The notes beneath the pieces are model-generated. The model searched no databases. It saw nothing but the letters and a program-made list of their open reading frames with translations, and was not told the DNA's origin. A DNA stretch of 64,000 nt from positions 5,369 to 69,368 of the forward strand of contig DATLSD010000059.1 of assembly GCA_035534315.1 (NCBI GenBank), written 5' to 3'. This document shows positions 1 to 9,075 of this stretch, one piece after another; position 1 is the first letter of the stretch, and each line of letters starts with the position of its first letter. A program made the position numbers and the translations under genes. This stretch comes from Elusimicrobiota bacterium. Lineage in GTDB: Bacteria > Elusimicrobiota > Elusimicrobia > UBA1565 > UBA9628.

Positions 1-119
1 TTGATGTTCAAGACCGCGGGCGAGGCCTTGGCCGCGGCCGAAGACACCGCGCGGGAATAGGCGTCCAAAGCCTCGTTTTCCAGCTCCGTTTCCGGCCGCT
101 CCGCCGTTGCCTGTTCCAT
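1..119 (-). CDS. partial CDS (N-terminus only, continues past the left edge); probable HtrA/DegP-like S1C serine protease
   Basis: ATG at 119-117 with GGAGG 5 nt upstream (129-125, minus strand). Translation is MEQATAERPETELENEALDAYSRAVSSAAAKASPAVLNI. The LDAYS.AV...A...SP.V.NI lead-in is typical of HtrA-family proteases. It is not in the ORF track because no stop lies inside the window. Confidence 0.4.
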   Translation of the reverse strand, partial: MEQATAERPETELENEALDAYSRAVSSAAAKASPAVLNI

Positions 120-156
120 GGCCGCCTCCTTCCTTATATATAGGGTTCCCGGGCCT

Positions 157-756
157 TTAAGTGGCTTTAAACGTTCCTTCGAAAACGGTCTCCGACAAGG
201 GTTTGCGGCCCGAGGGGAACTCGCGCTCCTGCAGGGCCTTGGGCAAATCTTCTTTCTTGCCCGGCTTGCCAAGCGCGATCATGGCCTGCACCTCGTAGTT
301 GTCGGGAATCTTGAGCGCGGCCTTGGCCTTGTCGTAGTCAAATCCAGCCATGCCGTGGGCCACCAAGCCTTTGAGCGAGGCCTGAAGGGCCAGGCTCATC
401 CAGGCCGAGCCCGTGTCGAAGGCGTGCGTGCGCACCGGGACGGACTTGCCGTTGTTGTCGAAGTCCTTACGGGAGACGGCCACGACCAAGGCCGCGGCGT
501 TCTTGGTCCAGGCTTGGTTAAACTCAACCAGGAAGCTCATGAAGAGCGGCCACTCCTGGCTCTCGCGCGTGGCGTAGACAAAGCGCCATGGCTGGCCGTT
601 GGAGGACGACGGCGCCCAGCGCGCGGCCTCGAACAGCGACAAGAGCGCCTCGCGGCTCAAGGATTCTCCCGACATCGCGCGCGGCGACCAGCGCGAGGGG
701 AAAATGGGGTCGACGGGGTGCTCGGTCTTGCGTGCGTCCAAAACGGCGTTGCTCAT
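157..756 (-). CDS. nitroreductase family protein
   Basis: 199-aa ORF with the nitroreductase-fold signature (RWAPSSSNGQPWRF near the N-terminus, GxAGFD near the C-terminus). AAGGAG RBS at 769-764 precedes ATG 756. Confidence 0.85.
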   Translation of the reverse strand: MSNAVLDARKTEHPVDPIFPSRWSPRAMSGESLSREALLSLFEAARWAPSSSNGQPWRFVYATRESQEWPLFMSFLVEFNQAWTKNAAALVVAVSRKDFDNNGKSVPVRTHAFDTGSAWMSLALQASLKGLVAHGMAGFDYDKAKAALKIPDNYEVQAMIALGKPGKKEDLPKALQEREFPSGRKPLSETVFEGTFKAT

Positions 757-780
757 GGCTGGTCTCCTTGGCGCGGATTA

Positions 781-829
781 AAATGACTGTGTGGTCATTT
801 ATTATACGGCGCGAAAGGCGCGGCGTCAA
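781..829 (-). promoter_or_regulatory. sigma70-type promoter with overlapping palindromic operator for the nitroreductase gene
   Basis: Read on the minus strand: TTGACG (829-824), 17-nt spacer, TATAAT (806-801). Directly after comes the perfect inverted repeat AAATGAC-N6-GTCATTT (800-781) over the expected transcription start. Confidence 0.45.
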
Positions 830-841
830 GGGGCGGGGGAT

Positions 842-3058
842 TTAAGGCGCGGCGGGAGGCTTGGGCAGGCGCACGGTCCGGCTCTTGCCGTTTTTCATCG
901 TGAAGCTCCGCACGAAGGGCTTGGCGCCGGGCCGGCCCGGGACTTCGGCGCTCAGCGTGACGGCCAGCTTCCCGCCGCCCAGCACGCGGTAGGTGACGGC
1001 GACCAGCCTTCCCGCGAAGGGCAAATCGGTCAGGGTCAGCACGCGCCCGGGTTCGTTCCAGGGAATGTGGGGCGAGAGTGTGATTTTCCGCTTAAAGCCG
1101 TTTTCGCTGATGCCGTAGACCGAATGCACCACGGCGTAGAGCCCCAGGGAATTCCACAGCGTGGAAAAGGAACTCAGCTCGCCCTTGGTCTGATCCACGT
1201 CCATGGCCTCGGGCAGGGCCGCGGGATAGACCGAAAGAAGCTGGGACATTTGCTCGGTCGTGCGCAGGAAGTCCGCGCCGCGCCCGGCGGTGGCCTGCGC
1301 CGCGGCCTCAAGAAAGTTGGCGAAGGGCCAGATGCCGCCGTCATTGAACACCGGCTTGGCGCCGTAGGGCTGGGAGTCGGCATGGCCCAGGTTTCCGGGA
1401 GTCCGCAAGTCCTTGTCCGAGGCGGCGAGCGCCGCATTCCAGCGGGATTGGGGGAATACGCCCCATAAGACGCCCAGGCTGTGCGCGACCTCGTCGTACT
1501 TGGGGCTGTAGGCCCCCGGCTTTTGCGGATCGACGAAATCGGCGTAGGAGCCGGCCCGCGGCATCCAAAAGCCGCCGGCCTTGACCGCGGCGTTCAAGGC
1601 GGCCTTGACGGCTTTGCTGCGCCGTTCCCACAGGGATGATTCTTTCTTGCGGCCCACGTCCTTAAGCATGCGCGCGACGCGGTCCAAGGCCGTCGAAAAG
1701 AGCACCTGCTGGTACAAGTTGGCCTTGCCCTTCAGGATTTTCTGCAGCGTGGGCCAGTCTCGCCAGGTGTCCAGGCCCCCGCCGCGGTCAACGAGCATCC
1801 CCGCCCGATCGCGCGAGCTCCACATCTGGTCCATGCGCTGCTCGAGCACCGGCAGGTTGGCCTGCAAGAAAGCCTTGTCGCCGGTCATGCGGGCGTAGTG
1901 CTCGCTGGCAATCGCCAGCATGGACGTGCCGTCCTGCCCGGCCACGAACCCGCCTTGGATGGCGCTCTCCAAGGTTTCGCGCGTGCGCTGGGGCGCGAAA
2001 TAGGTCGAGGACAGGCTGCCGTAGCCCGAGTCGCGGGCCCAGATTTCCGGATGGCCGTACTTAGCGGCGGTAAATCCTCCGTTTTCCGCGGCGAAATCCG
2101 CGTTCATGACGTACTTCAAATAGTTAAGAGCGTCGACGGCCTGGTCGCCGGTCTTGAAGGCGCCGTCGCCCCAGATGATCCGGCGCCAAACGGCGGCGGC
2201 GTTCTTTTGCGCCTGGTCCGCGCCGGCGAGGCCTTGGCCCGCGAGCGCGCGGTAAGAGGCTCGGGCTTGCGCGGCGCTCGTGCCCAGCGCCACCACAAAG
2301 GCGAAATCGGCCGAGCGCCCGGGCTTCACGCTCAGAGAAATGTCGGCGCCAAAGCCGTGGGCCGCGGGGAAAAAAACCGCCGGGCCGGAAGCGCCGATAA
2401 ATCCCGCCGCCGCGGCCAAGGTGTTGGAGGCATTTCGCGCCGCGACCGCGTCCAGGCCCGCGTCCCACGCGGCGTTGGCCTGGCAGGCGGGCTTGAAGCC
2501 CGCGTCGTAGGGATAATAGGCCTCGGCTAGGCAGGGCGCAAACGACGCGGCCAAGGAAAGCGTCGCTTTGGCCTTGCCGGTGTTGGCGACGCTGTAGCGC
2601 TCGATGAGCGCGCGCGGCGCGGCCGGGCCGGTGGACAAGAATTGCCGCTCGGTCATGAGCCAAGGGCCCTCGCGCATTTCCAGCGTGCGCACGCCGTCCG
2701 CGAAGGCCTGGCGCGTCAATGTCCCCGGCGAGATTTTGCCGCCCGCGGAGAAGCCCAGCGCGAGCGAACCCTCGTCCAGGTAAATGTCGTCCTGCCGTTT
2801 CTTATTGCCGAAATCGGGGTAATTGTCGAAAAGGACTTCCAGCGCGCCTGCGGGGGAAAACACGGCCACCAGGTTGTTGTCCGGGTTGTAGAGCTGGTAG
2901 GGCTGGTCGGTCTTGCCGCCCGGAAGCGTCCAGGACTTGGTTTTCTCGTTAAAGGAAAAGCTGGATCCCTTCCATTGCGCGCGGCAGGGCCAAGCCGAGA
3001 GAGCCAAGGCCATGGCGCCCAGTGCCGCAACGCCCGGCGCCGCCGGAATTTTTCTCAT
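842..3058 (-). CDS. secreted glycoside-hydrolase-like protein ((alpha/alpha)6-barrel type; family not assignable by eye)
   Basis: 738-aa ORF with an N-terminal signal peptide (MRKIPAAPGVAALGAMALALSAWPCRA). The C-terminal half has glycosidase-like segments (EIWARDSGYG, LDTWRDW, DGGIWPFANF). Confidence 0.5.
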   Translation of the reverse strand: MRKIPAAPGVAALGAMALALSAWPCRAQWKGSSFSFNEKTKSWTLPGGKTDQPYQLYNPDNNLVAVFSPAGALEVLFDNYPDFGNKKRQDDIYLDEGSLALGFSAGGKISPGTLTRQAFADGVRTLEMREGPWLMTERQFLSTGPAAPRALIERYSVANTGKAKATLSLAASFAPCLAEAYYPYDAGFKPACQANAAWDAGLDAVAARNASNTLAAAAGFIGASGPAVFFPAAHGFGADISLSVKPGRSADFAFVVALGTSAAQARASYRALAGQGLAGADQAQKNAAAVWRRIIWGDGAFKTGDQAVDALNYLKYVMNADFAAENGGFTAAKYGHPEIWARDSGYGSLSSTYFAPQRTRETLESAIQGGFVAGQDGTSMLAIASEHYARMTGDKAFLQANLPVLEQRMDQMWSSRDRAGMLVDRGGGLDTWRDWPTLQKILKGKANLYQQVLFSTALDRVARMLKDVGRKKESSLWERRSKAVKAALNAAVKAGGFWMPRAGSYADFVDPQKPGAYSPKYDEVAHSLGVLWGVFPQSRWNAALAASDKDLRTPGNLGHADSQPYGAKPVFNDGGIWPFANFLEAAAQATAGRGADFLRTTEQMSQLLSVYPAALPEAMDVDQTKGELSSFSTLWNSLGLYAVVHSVYGISENGFKRKITLSPHIPWNEPGRVLTLTDLPFAGRLVAVTYRVLGGGKLAVTLSAEVPGRPGAKPFVRSFTMKNGKSRTVRLPKPPAAP

Positions 3059-3160
3059 CGCGTGTCGTTTTTAGTCCGTCTGCTTAATGATAGGCTTCGC
3101 GGCGCGGCCGGGCAAGAGACGCTTGGCCCAACGCGTTCTGGGTCCAATGGCCGCCATGGT

Positions 3161-3169
3161 TGATATAAT
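3161..3169 (+). promoter_or_regulatory. extended -10 element (TGaTATAAT) 5 nt upstream of ATG 3175; candidate leaderless promoter
   Basis: TG at 3161-3162 and TATAAT at 3164-3169. Only GGGCC lies between the hexamer and the start codon, and there is no RBS. Confidence 0.35.
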
Positions 3170-3174
3170 GGGCC

Positions 3175-4752
3175 ATGCCGAAGCAAAGCCGTTTGCGGCC
3201 CGCGCTTTTTTTCCAAGCCTCGGCGCTTTTGGCCCTGCTGACGTTCTACGGGCTTTTCCTCGCGCAGAAAATCAACCTGGCTTCTGCGGACCTGGGCCGG
3301 CACCTCAAGAACGGCGAGATCATCCTCAAGAGCTGGACGGTGCCCGAAGTCAATCTTTATTCCTACACCTATCCCGGATTCCACGCCATCGACCACCACT
3401 GGGGTACGGGCGTGGTGTTCTGCCTCATTCACCGCTATTGCGGCTTCGTCGGGCTTTCGGTCTTCTCCATCATCCTGGGGCTTTTGACCTTCCTGATTTT
3501 CTTCGACTTGGCGCGCCGGGCGTCGTCCTTCGAGATCGCGGCCCTGTGCGCGGCCGTGCTCATCCCCTGCCTGGGCGATCGGGCCGAAATCCGCCCGGAG
3601 TTCTTCAGCTACTTCTTCGGCGCGGTCTTCCTGTGGGTTTTGTGGCGCTACCGCGACGGCAAGCTTTCCGAAAAGCCGCTCTACGTCCTGCCCTTCCTTG
3701 AAGTTCTTTGGGTCAATCTGCACATCTACTTTTTCCTGGGGCTCTGGCTCTGCGGCGTGTTTTTGCTCGAAGCAGGCTGGGATTATTTCCGCGATCGCCG
3801 TTCGTTTAGGCGGGTCAAGGCGCTCTCCCTGCTCCTGGCGGCGCTCATCGCCGCGGCCATGTTCAACCCCATGGGGTTTGAAGGCGCGGTCTACCCGGCC
3901 TTCATCTTCAATAATTTCGGCTACCGCCTGCTGGAAAACCAGTCGGTGTGGTTCTTGGCGCGGCTCTTCAAGTACCCGCCCGCGCCGTATTTCGAGGCGG
4001 GCTTCGCGCTCCTGGCCGGCTCCTGGCTGGCCGTTTGGGTGTTCCTGCGCCGGCGCTTTTCCGTAGCCCAGCTGCTCTTGAGCGCTTTTTTTTCCGCCAC
4101 GGCCTGGCTCGCGGTCAGGAATTTCACCATGTTCGCCTACTTCGCCCTGCCCTTGGCCGCGGCCAACGTGGGCGCGGTCTTCTCGGCTAAGCGCGCCCCG
4201 GACTGGGCGAAGTCCTGGCTCCTGCCGCTGGCGGCTCTTCTGGCGGTGGCCATGATGCGCTTGGACCCGGCCTATTTCACGACGCGCTGGCGCTACAACT
4301 TCGGCGTGGGCCTGGCGCCGGGCGTGGAGAACTCGGCGCAGTTCTTCATTAAAAACGGTCTCCAAGGCCCCATCATGAACAATTACGACAACGGGAGCTA
4401 CCTGATTTACAATCTCTACCCCAAAGAGCGCGTGTTCGTGGACAACCGTCCCGAGGCCTACCCGGCGTCTTTTTTCCGCGACGTTTACGTGCCCATGCAG
4501 CAAAACGACGCCAAGTGGAAGGAGATGGAGGCGCGCTACGGCTTCAACGCGATCATTTTTTACTGGCACGACCTCACGCCTTGGGGCCAGTCCTTCATCA
4601 TCCGCCGCGTGCAGGACCCGGAGTGGGCCCCGGTTTACGCGGACTCCTACAACGTCATCCTGCTCAAGCGCGACGCCGAGAACGCCCCGCTCATCGCGCG
4701 CTACGAGCTGCCGCCGGGCGTTTTTAGCGTTTCCCGCCCGGGCAAACGCTAG
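3175..4752 (+). CDS. polytopic integral membrane protein with C-terminal soluble domain (possible GT-C-type glycosyltransferase; function unknown)
   Basis: 525-aa ORF with at least 10 hydrophobic helices and then a roughly 130-aa hydrophilic C-terminus. The opposite-strand 504-aa ORF is a low-complexity shadow. Confidence 0.7.
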   Translation: MPKQSRLRPALFFQASALLALLTFYGLFLAQKINLASADLGRHLKNGEIILKSWTVPEVNLYSYTYPGFHAIDHHWGTGVVFCLIHRYCGFVGLSVFSIILGLLTFLIFFDLARRASSFEIAALCAAVLIPCLGDRAEIRPEFFSYFFGAVFLWVLWRYRDGKLSEKPLYVLPFLEVLWVNLHIYFFLGLWLCGVFLLEAGWDYFRDRRSFRRVKALSLLLAALIAAAMFNPMGFEGAVYPAFIFNNFGYRLLENQSVWFLARLFKYPPAPYFEAGFALLAGSWLAVWVFLRRRFSVAQLLLSAFFSATAWLAVRNFTMFAYFALPLAAANVGAVFSAKRAPDWAKSWLLPLAALLAVAMMRLDPAYFTTRWRYNFGVGLAPGVENSAQFFIKNGLQGPIMNNYDNGSYLIYNLYPKERVFVDNRPEAYPASFFRDVYVPMQQNDAKWKEMEARYGFNAIIFYWHDLTPWGQSFIIRRVQDPEWAPVYADSYNVILLKRDAENAPLIARYELPPGVFSVSRPGKR

Positions 4753-4754
4753 GA

Positions 4755-6026
4755 CTAGTACGCGGGCTTGAGGCGCGCGAGTCCTGCCTCGAAGCGCTTT
4801 TGGAAGGCGGGCGACAGGACGTCCGCGCAGGCGGCGTAGCGGATGAAGGGCTCAAAAGCGCCGCTTCGGGGCGCGGCGTCGAAATGCACGCCCACGATGC
4901 CGGCCTCGGCGATGGCCAGGGAGTTGAACGCGCGGGCGGGGGAAAATCCTTGGCCGCGCGCGTAGGCGCTCATATCCCGGCCGAAAGCGCGCCGGGGGAT
5001 TTTCCACAGCGTGAAGAAGCCCGCGTCGGCGCCGCAGGCGGGCTTTAGGCCCGCGGCTTTAAACTGCTTGACCAGGTAAGCCACGCGGGCGCGGTAGAGA
5101 GCGCGCAGGCGGGAAAGCGTCTTGGCCGCCCGCGCGCGGTTGGAGAAAAATTCCCCGTAGGCGGCCATGACCGAGGGCACCGGGCCCGAGTCCGTGTTTC
5201 CTTTAATAACGAGAAAATCCTCCACGAAGTCCTTCGAGCCCGCCAGAGCGCCCAAGCGCGCGCCCGGGTCGCTGAAGGACTTGCTCACCGAGTAAAGCTC
5301 TAGCCATTCCAGTTCCGGAAATTTCGCGGCCGCGCGGGCCAATGAGACGTGCTCCGGGCCGGCCAAGCCCACGTAGGCCGCGTCGTTGACCAGGCGCACG
5401 CGGTTCTTGAGGCAGTAGCGGATAAGTTCTTGCCACTCGGCGCGCGTCGCCGCGACCGAGGCCGGGTTGCCGGGGCGGATGAGGAAAATCAAATCGAGCT
5501 TTTGGCTTCCGGATTTTTTGAGCGCGGCTTTAAGGCGCGCGAGCCTGGGCCGCATGCCGTCCTGCGACAAGAGCGGCCAGACCACGCGCCGGGCGCCCAG
5601 GTAGCCGCCCCAGGCCCCGATGACGTCGTAGGCCGGCAGCGTGGAGGCGAAGCGAAAGGGTTTGGCCCCGCCGCGCCGATCGGCCAGGCCGCAGGCCAAG
5701 GGAATCATCGCGGTCGCGGTCTTGATGCCGGCGATGGGCAGCGCCGCCAAGTGGGGGTAATCCTGCACGCGCACGCCCGCGTGCAATTCCACCATGGCTT
5801 GGGCGAAGCCCAGCAAATTCTTGGCCTCGGCGTAGGTGTGGAAGTCGTAGCCCGCGTCCTCGGCGAAACGCGCCTGGAGCCGCCGGATGTCCGCGGGCGG
5901 CACGCCGTCGGGGTTGCCCAGGGACAAGTTCAAAGGCTCCTGGCCCGTGTCGCGGCGGTAGCCGTCGACCAGGGCGTAGATGGATTGGAATAAGTTGACG
6001 CCTTGGGGGGGGACGCGGCGGCTCAT
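4755..6026 (-). CDS. PLP-dependent aminotransferase, class I/II
   Basis: 423-aa ORF with the PLP-lysine motif YSVSKSFSDPGARLG and an upstream GNP motif (IRPGNPAS). Confidence 0.8.
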   Translation of the reverse strand: MSRRVPPQGVNLFQSIYALVDGYRRDTGQEPLNLSLGNPDGVPPADIRRLQARFAEDAGYDFHTYAEAKNLLGFAQAMVELHAGVRVQDYPHLAALPIAGIKTATAMIPLACGLADRRGGAKPFRFASTLPAYDVIGAWGGYLGARRVVWPLLSQDGMRPRLARLKAALKKSGSQKLDLIFLIRPGNPASVAATRAEWQELIRYCLKNRVRLVNDAAYVGLAGPEHVSLARAAAKFPELEWLELYSVSKSFSDPGARLGALAGSKDFVEDFLVIKGNTDSGPVPSVMAAYGEFFSNRARAAKTLSRLRALYRARVAYLVKQFKAAGLKPACGADAGFFTLWKIPRRAFGRDMSAYARGQGFSPARAFNSLAIAEAGIVGVHFDAAPRSGAFEPFIRYAACADVLSPAFQKRFEAGLARLKPAY

Positions 6027-6106
6027 GTCGAGTGATGATACCCAACTCGGGAGCCGGCCCGCAAAGCCCCTTGCGCGGCGCGGCGCGGCCTGTTAAGCTT
6101 AGGGGC

Positions 6107-7351
6107 ATGAAAACTTGGCTCGGATGTGTGGCTTCCCTTTTGATCGCGGCCGCGCCGGCTCTGGCCCAGAACTCGGCCTCCGGCGACGGGGACTTCGTCC
6201 AGGGGCTTTCCGCGGTGAGCGTCTCGCCGGGCGTGGCCCAGGCCGCGCGGCGGATGAAGGTCAACGTCAAGGCCGAGGCCTACGCCGCCGACCTGCGAAA
6301 GCTGCTGGGCTGGTATGGCCGGGCCGACGCCGAGACCGGGCTTGATCCCGCGGCCATGTCCCGCGTGGTGGTCCAGGGCTTGAAGAAGGGAACTTACGAC
6401 GGCGTCATCTTCGGCGAGTCGCACGGCAACAAGACGGAGCAGGCCGCGGCGCATCTCATCATTGGGAACATCCTCGCCTCCGGCGTCAGGGTGGGCGACT
6501 TCATGTCCGAGGCGACGGACGTGCAGGGAGGCAAGCCCGTGGGGCTCTACTCCGCGGCGCAGTTCGCCCGGGCCGGAGTTCCCGCCGGGCTTTTCGTCAA
6601 CCAGTTCAACCCCGAGCCCGACGTGGCGCGGGGCTTGAAGGCGGCGGGCGCGGGCCTCCTCATCACCTACACCGGCTCGGCGCATACCTGCCCCAAGATG
6701 CGCGATTTGATTTACCAGACCTTCAATGAGTCGGATTTGCATTGGGAGAAGTATTTCCCCGGCCGGCCGACCGTGGCGCAGTCGTTCGCGCGCCACCACA
6801 AGCGGCCCATCATCATGGCCATGGTGGAGGAGTCGGACCCGCTGGATTGGATTGAGTACCTGCTGCTTCAAGACGCGTTCAAGGGCGTCGGCTTGGCGGA
6901 GTTTCACGATAATTTGCAGGCGCTGGAAAAAGGCTGGAGCGACGTGACCGGGAGCTTCGCGGCGCGCCAAGGCGAGGGCTTCATCCAGGCTCCGGGGCAG
7001 CCTAACTTGTACTTGGGCATCGCGCCTACGGACCGCCGGCCGCTGGCCCTGGAGGCTTTAGACCGCGCGACCGCGGACCCGGCCTTCGCCGCGTGGCTGG
7101 GGGATCAAAAAATCCAGAATCTCAGCCTCGAACCGCAGACCAGGTGCGACGCGGCGGGGGCCTGCCGCACGAGCTACCAGATTTACGTCTACAGCGGGGC
7201 CGAGCAGAGCTTGCCCGCCTGCGCCTACGGCCCGGTCAAGGACAAGGACGGCGCGGTGACCAAGCAATGCTTTAGCTCAAGCGCGGACGGCATCTCCGGC
7301 CAGTACGGGGATATTTTCGCCCGGGCCGTTCCGGCGAGCGTCCTGCCTTAA
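6107..7351 (+). CDS. secreted protein of unknown function (GESHGN motif; possibly Tiki/ChaN-like, weak)
   Basis: The internal ATG at 6107 gives a clean signal peptide, MKTWLGCVASLLIAAAPALA. The track ORF starts 25 codons earlier at 6032. There are four Cys near the C-terminus. Confidence 0.65.
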   Translation: MKTWLGCVASLLIAAAPALAQNSASGDGDFVQGLSAVSVSPGVAQAARRMKVNVKAEAYAADLRKLLGWYGRADAETGLDPAAMSRVVVQGLKKGTYDGVIFGESHGNKTEQAAAHLIIGNILASGVRVGDFMSEATDVQGGKPVGLYSAAQFARAGVPAGLFVNQFNPEPDVARGLKAAGAGLLITYTGSAHTCPKMRDLIYQTFNESDLHWEKYFPGRPTVAQSFARHHKRPIIMAMVEESDPLDWIEYLLLQDAFKGVGLAEFHDNLQALEKGWSDVTGSFAARQGEGFIQAPGQPNLYLGIAPTDRRPLALEALDRATADPAFAAWLGDQKIQNLSLEPQTRCDAAGACRTSYQIYVYSGAEQSLPACAYGPVKDKDGAVTKQCFSSSADGISGQYGDIFARAVPASVLP

Positions 7352-7439
7352 TCCGAACCGGCCGCGCGGCCCTTAGGCCCAGCCCGGCCTAGGCCCAAGG
7401 ACACTGCCGGCAAGTTCCAAGCGCGGCTATCCTGGAGCC

Positions 7440-8258
7440 ATGAAGACATGGCTCGCGCTGCCGTTCTCCCTGCTCTTCGCCGCAACGCCCCTGGCGGCTC
7501 AAAACACCTCCGGCGACGCGGCGTTTAGCGCCCAGCTTGCGGGCATCGCGGCTTCTCCGAGCCTGCGCCAAAGCGCGACGGCGTTCAAGATGGCGGCGCG
7601 GACGAGCGCTCCCACGACGTACCCCAAATACAAGGATTTCGTCTTTAGCCAAATCATCTCCAAGCGCCGCCTGACCCGGGCCCTGCAGTCGATGGTCGCG
7701 GCCGCCTACGGCGTGGGCTTTCGCACGCTGGGGGACCCCGACGATTTTTTTCACGGGCACTTTATCTTCGACGGCAAGAGCCCGCGTCCGCGCTTTATTC
7801 TTTGGCACACGCAGGAGCGCGCCAACCTCTACCACCTCTACGCTCCGGGATCCCCCAAGGACTACGTAAACAAGGCCAGGCGCAACTGGATCACGTGGCT
7901 CGATAACGACAAGACCGAGGACGCCGCGCCTTACCGCTACGATTCGCCGGGCCCGCAGTGGTGCGCTGAAGTCGAGGCCTACACGATTTTGCCGGGCATG
8001 ATGGACCCGGCCAAGCTGGGCTTCGCGCCGACTACGATTTCCCAGTATTACCAGTTCGATTTCTACAAGACGGTCTGCGACGGGCGGCAGAAGCGCGCGG
8101 ATTCCAGCGTCATCTCCGTCAAGGAGCCCGGCCGGGGCCGGGTCTGCCTGGAGTTTTCGACCGACCCGAAAAAGGCCTACAGCAAAAATTTCTTCAAGTT
8201 CGCCGGCATGCTGGGCGCGGACAACAAGAAGGGCAAAAACCTCTCCCGCTGTCCGTAG
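7440..8258 (+). CDS. secreted protein of unknown function, N-terminally paralogous to the preceding gene
   Basis: 272-aa ORF with signal peptide MKTWLALPFSLLFAATPLAA, then QNTSGDAAF, which matches QNSASGDGDF of the 6107 gene. Confidence 0.65.
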   Translation: MKTWLALPFSLLFAATPLAAQNTSGDAAFSAQLAGIAASPSLRQSATAFKMAARTSAPTTYPKYKDFVFSQIISKRRLTRALQSMVAAAYGVGFRTLGDPDDFFHGHFIFDGKSPRPRFILWHTQERANLYHLYAPGSPKDYVNKARRNWITWLDNDKTEDAAPYRYDSPGPQWCAEVEAYTILPGMMDPAKLGFAPTTISQYYQFDFYKTVCDGRQKRADSSVISVKEPGRGRVCLEFSTDPKKAYSKNFFKFAGMLGADNKKGKNLSRCP

Positions 8259-8273
8259 GCGCTGAGCCGGCTT

Positions 8274-8768
8274 TTAAGCCGCGGCCAAGTCCCGGATGTA
8301 CCAGCGGTCGCAGCCGAAGTGTCCGGTATTTCCCAGGGGCTTTTCGAGCGGCTTAAAGCCGTTTTTCTCATAGAGCGCGCGGGCCTTGTGCATGCGCTCC
8401 AAGGTTTCCAGGTAGCAGCGCGAAAAGCCCATCAGCACGGCCGCGCCGAGGCAGGCCTCCAAGGCCGCTCGTCCGGCGCCCAGGCCGCGGAGCTCGGGCA
8501 AAAAATACATCTTGCGCAGCTCGCAGACGTCCGGCGGGCCGCCTTCCAAGGGCCCCACGCCCGCGCCGCCCTTGACCTCGCCGTTTAAGGAAACAGTAAA
8601 GTAGGCGTGCCGCGGGCGCGTGTAGGCCTTGGAGATGAAGTCTATTTCAGGGTCGGCGATGGCGAAACCCGGGCCGCAGGCGCCGTATTCCGGCAGGACG
8701 GCGCGGAAAATGCGCGCTAACTGGGCGTCGTCTTCTTCCTTGACGAGGCGCAGCGTGAAGGCCGGCAC
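8274..8768 (-). CDS. GNAT family N-acetyltransferase
   Basis: 164-aa ORF with the acetyl-CoA binding motif (LRGLGAGRAALEA) and overall GNAT layout. Confidence 0.8.
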   Translation of the reverse strand: MPAFTLRLVKEEDDAQLARIFRAVLPEYGACGPGFAIADPEIDFISKAYTRPRHAYFTVSLNGEVKGGAGVGPLEGGPPDVCELRKMYFLPELRGLGAGRAALEACLGAAVLMGFSRCYLETLERMHKARALYEKNGFKPLEKPLGNTGHFGCDRWYIRDLAAA

Positions 8769-8784
8769 AAAGGGCGGCCTGGCG

Positions 8785-9075
8785 CTAGTTGCCGCTGGAG
8801 CGCTGATGTCCGCCCGCGACTTCGCAGGCGCACCAGTCGGGGTGCGGCGCGCCGTCTTTCCAGCCGAACTTTTCGAGGTTGGTCTTGACCCAGCAGGGGT
8901 AGCAGAGCATCAGGCGGTTGACGGGCTTGGTCTCCCCGCAGCGGCGGCACAGGCCGTCCTTGGGCGGCTTTTTTTGGTTTAAGCGCTTGGGGTCCTTCTC
9001 ATCCTTAGGCTCTTCGATGAGCACGTCCTCGTTCGCGAGCGTGCTAGTTTTGTCGTCCAATAATTCCGTGGTCAT
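8785..9075 (-). CDS. small Cys-rich (zinc-ribbon-like) protein, unknown function
   Basis: The start was moved to the internal ATG at 9075 (MTTELLDD...), which has an AGAGGAG RBS and an ATGA overlap with the upstream ORF stop. CRRC...CYPC plus CAC motifs are present, and G/C is strongly preferred at third codon positions. Confidence 0.55.
   Translation of the reverse strand: MTTELLDDKTSTLANEDVLIEEPKDEKDPKRLNQKKPPKDGLCRRCGETKPVNRLMLCYPCWVKTNLEKFGWKDGAPHPDWCACEVAGGHQRSSGN

Noticed and set aside
118-786. 222-aa plus-strand ORF opposite the nitroreductase gene
   Set aside because: It is a Gly/Arg/Ala-rich low-complexity translation lying exactly antisense to a well-supported gene. This is a typical high-GC shadow ORF.
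3055-4569. 504-aa minus-strand ORF
   Set aside because: It lies antisense to the polytopic membrane protein gene. The translation is Arg/Glu/Gly/Pro-rich with no motifs, and it has no start or RBS context.
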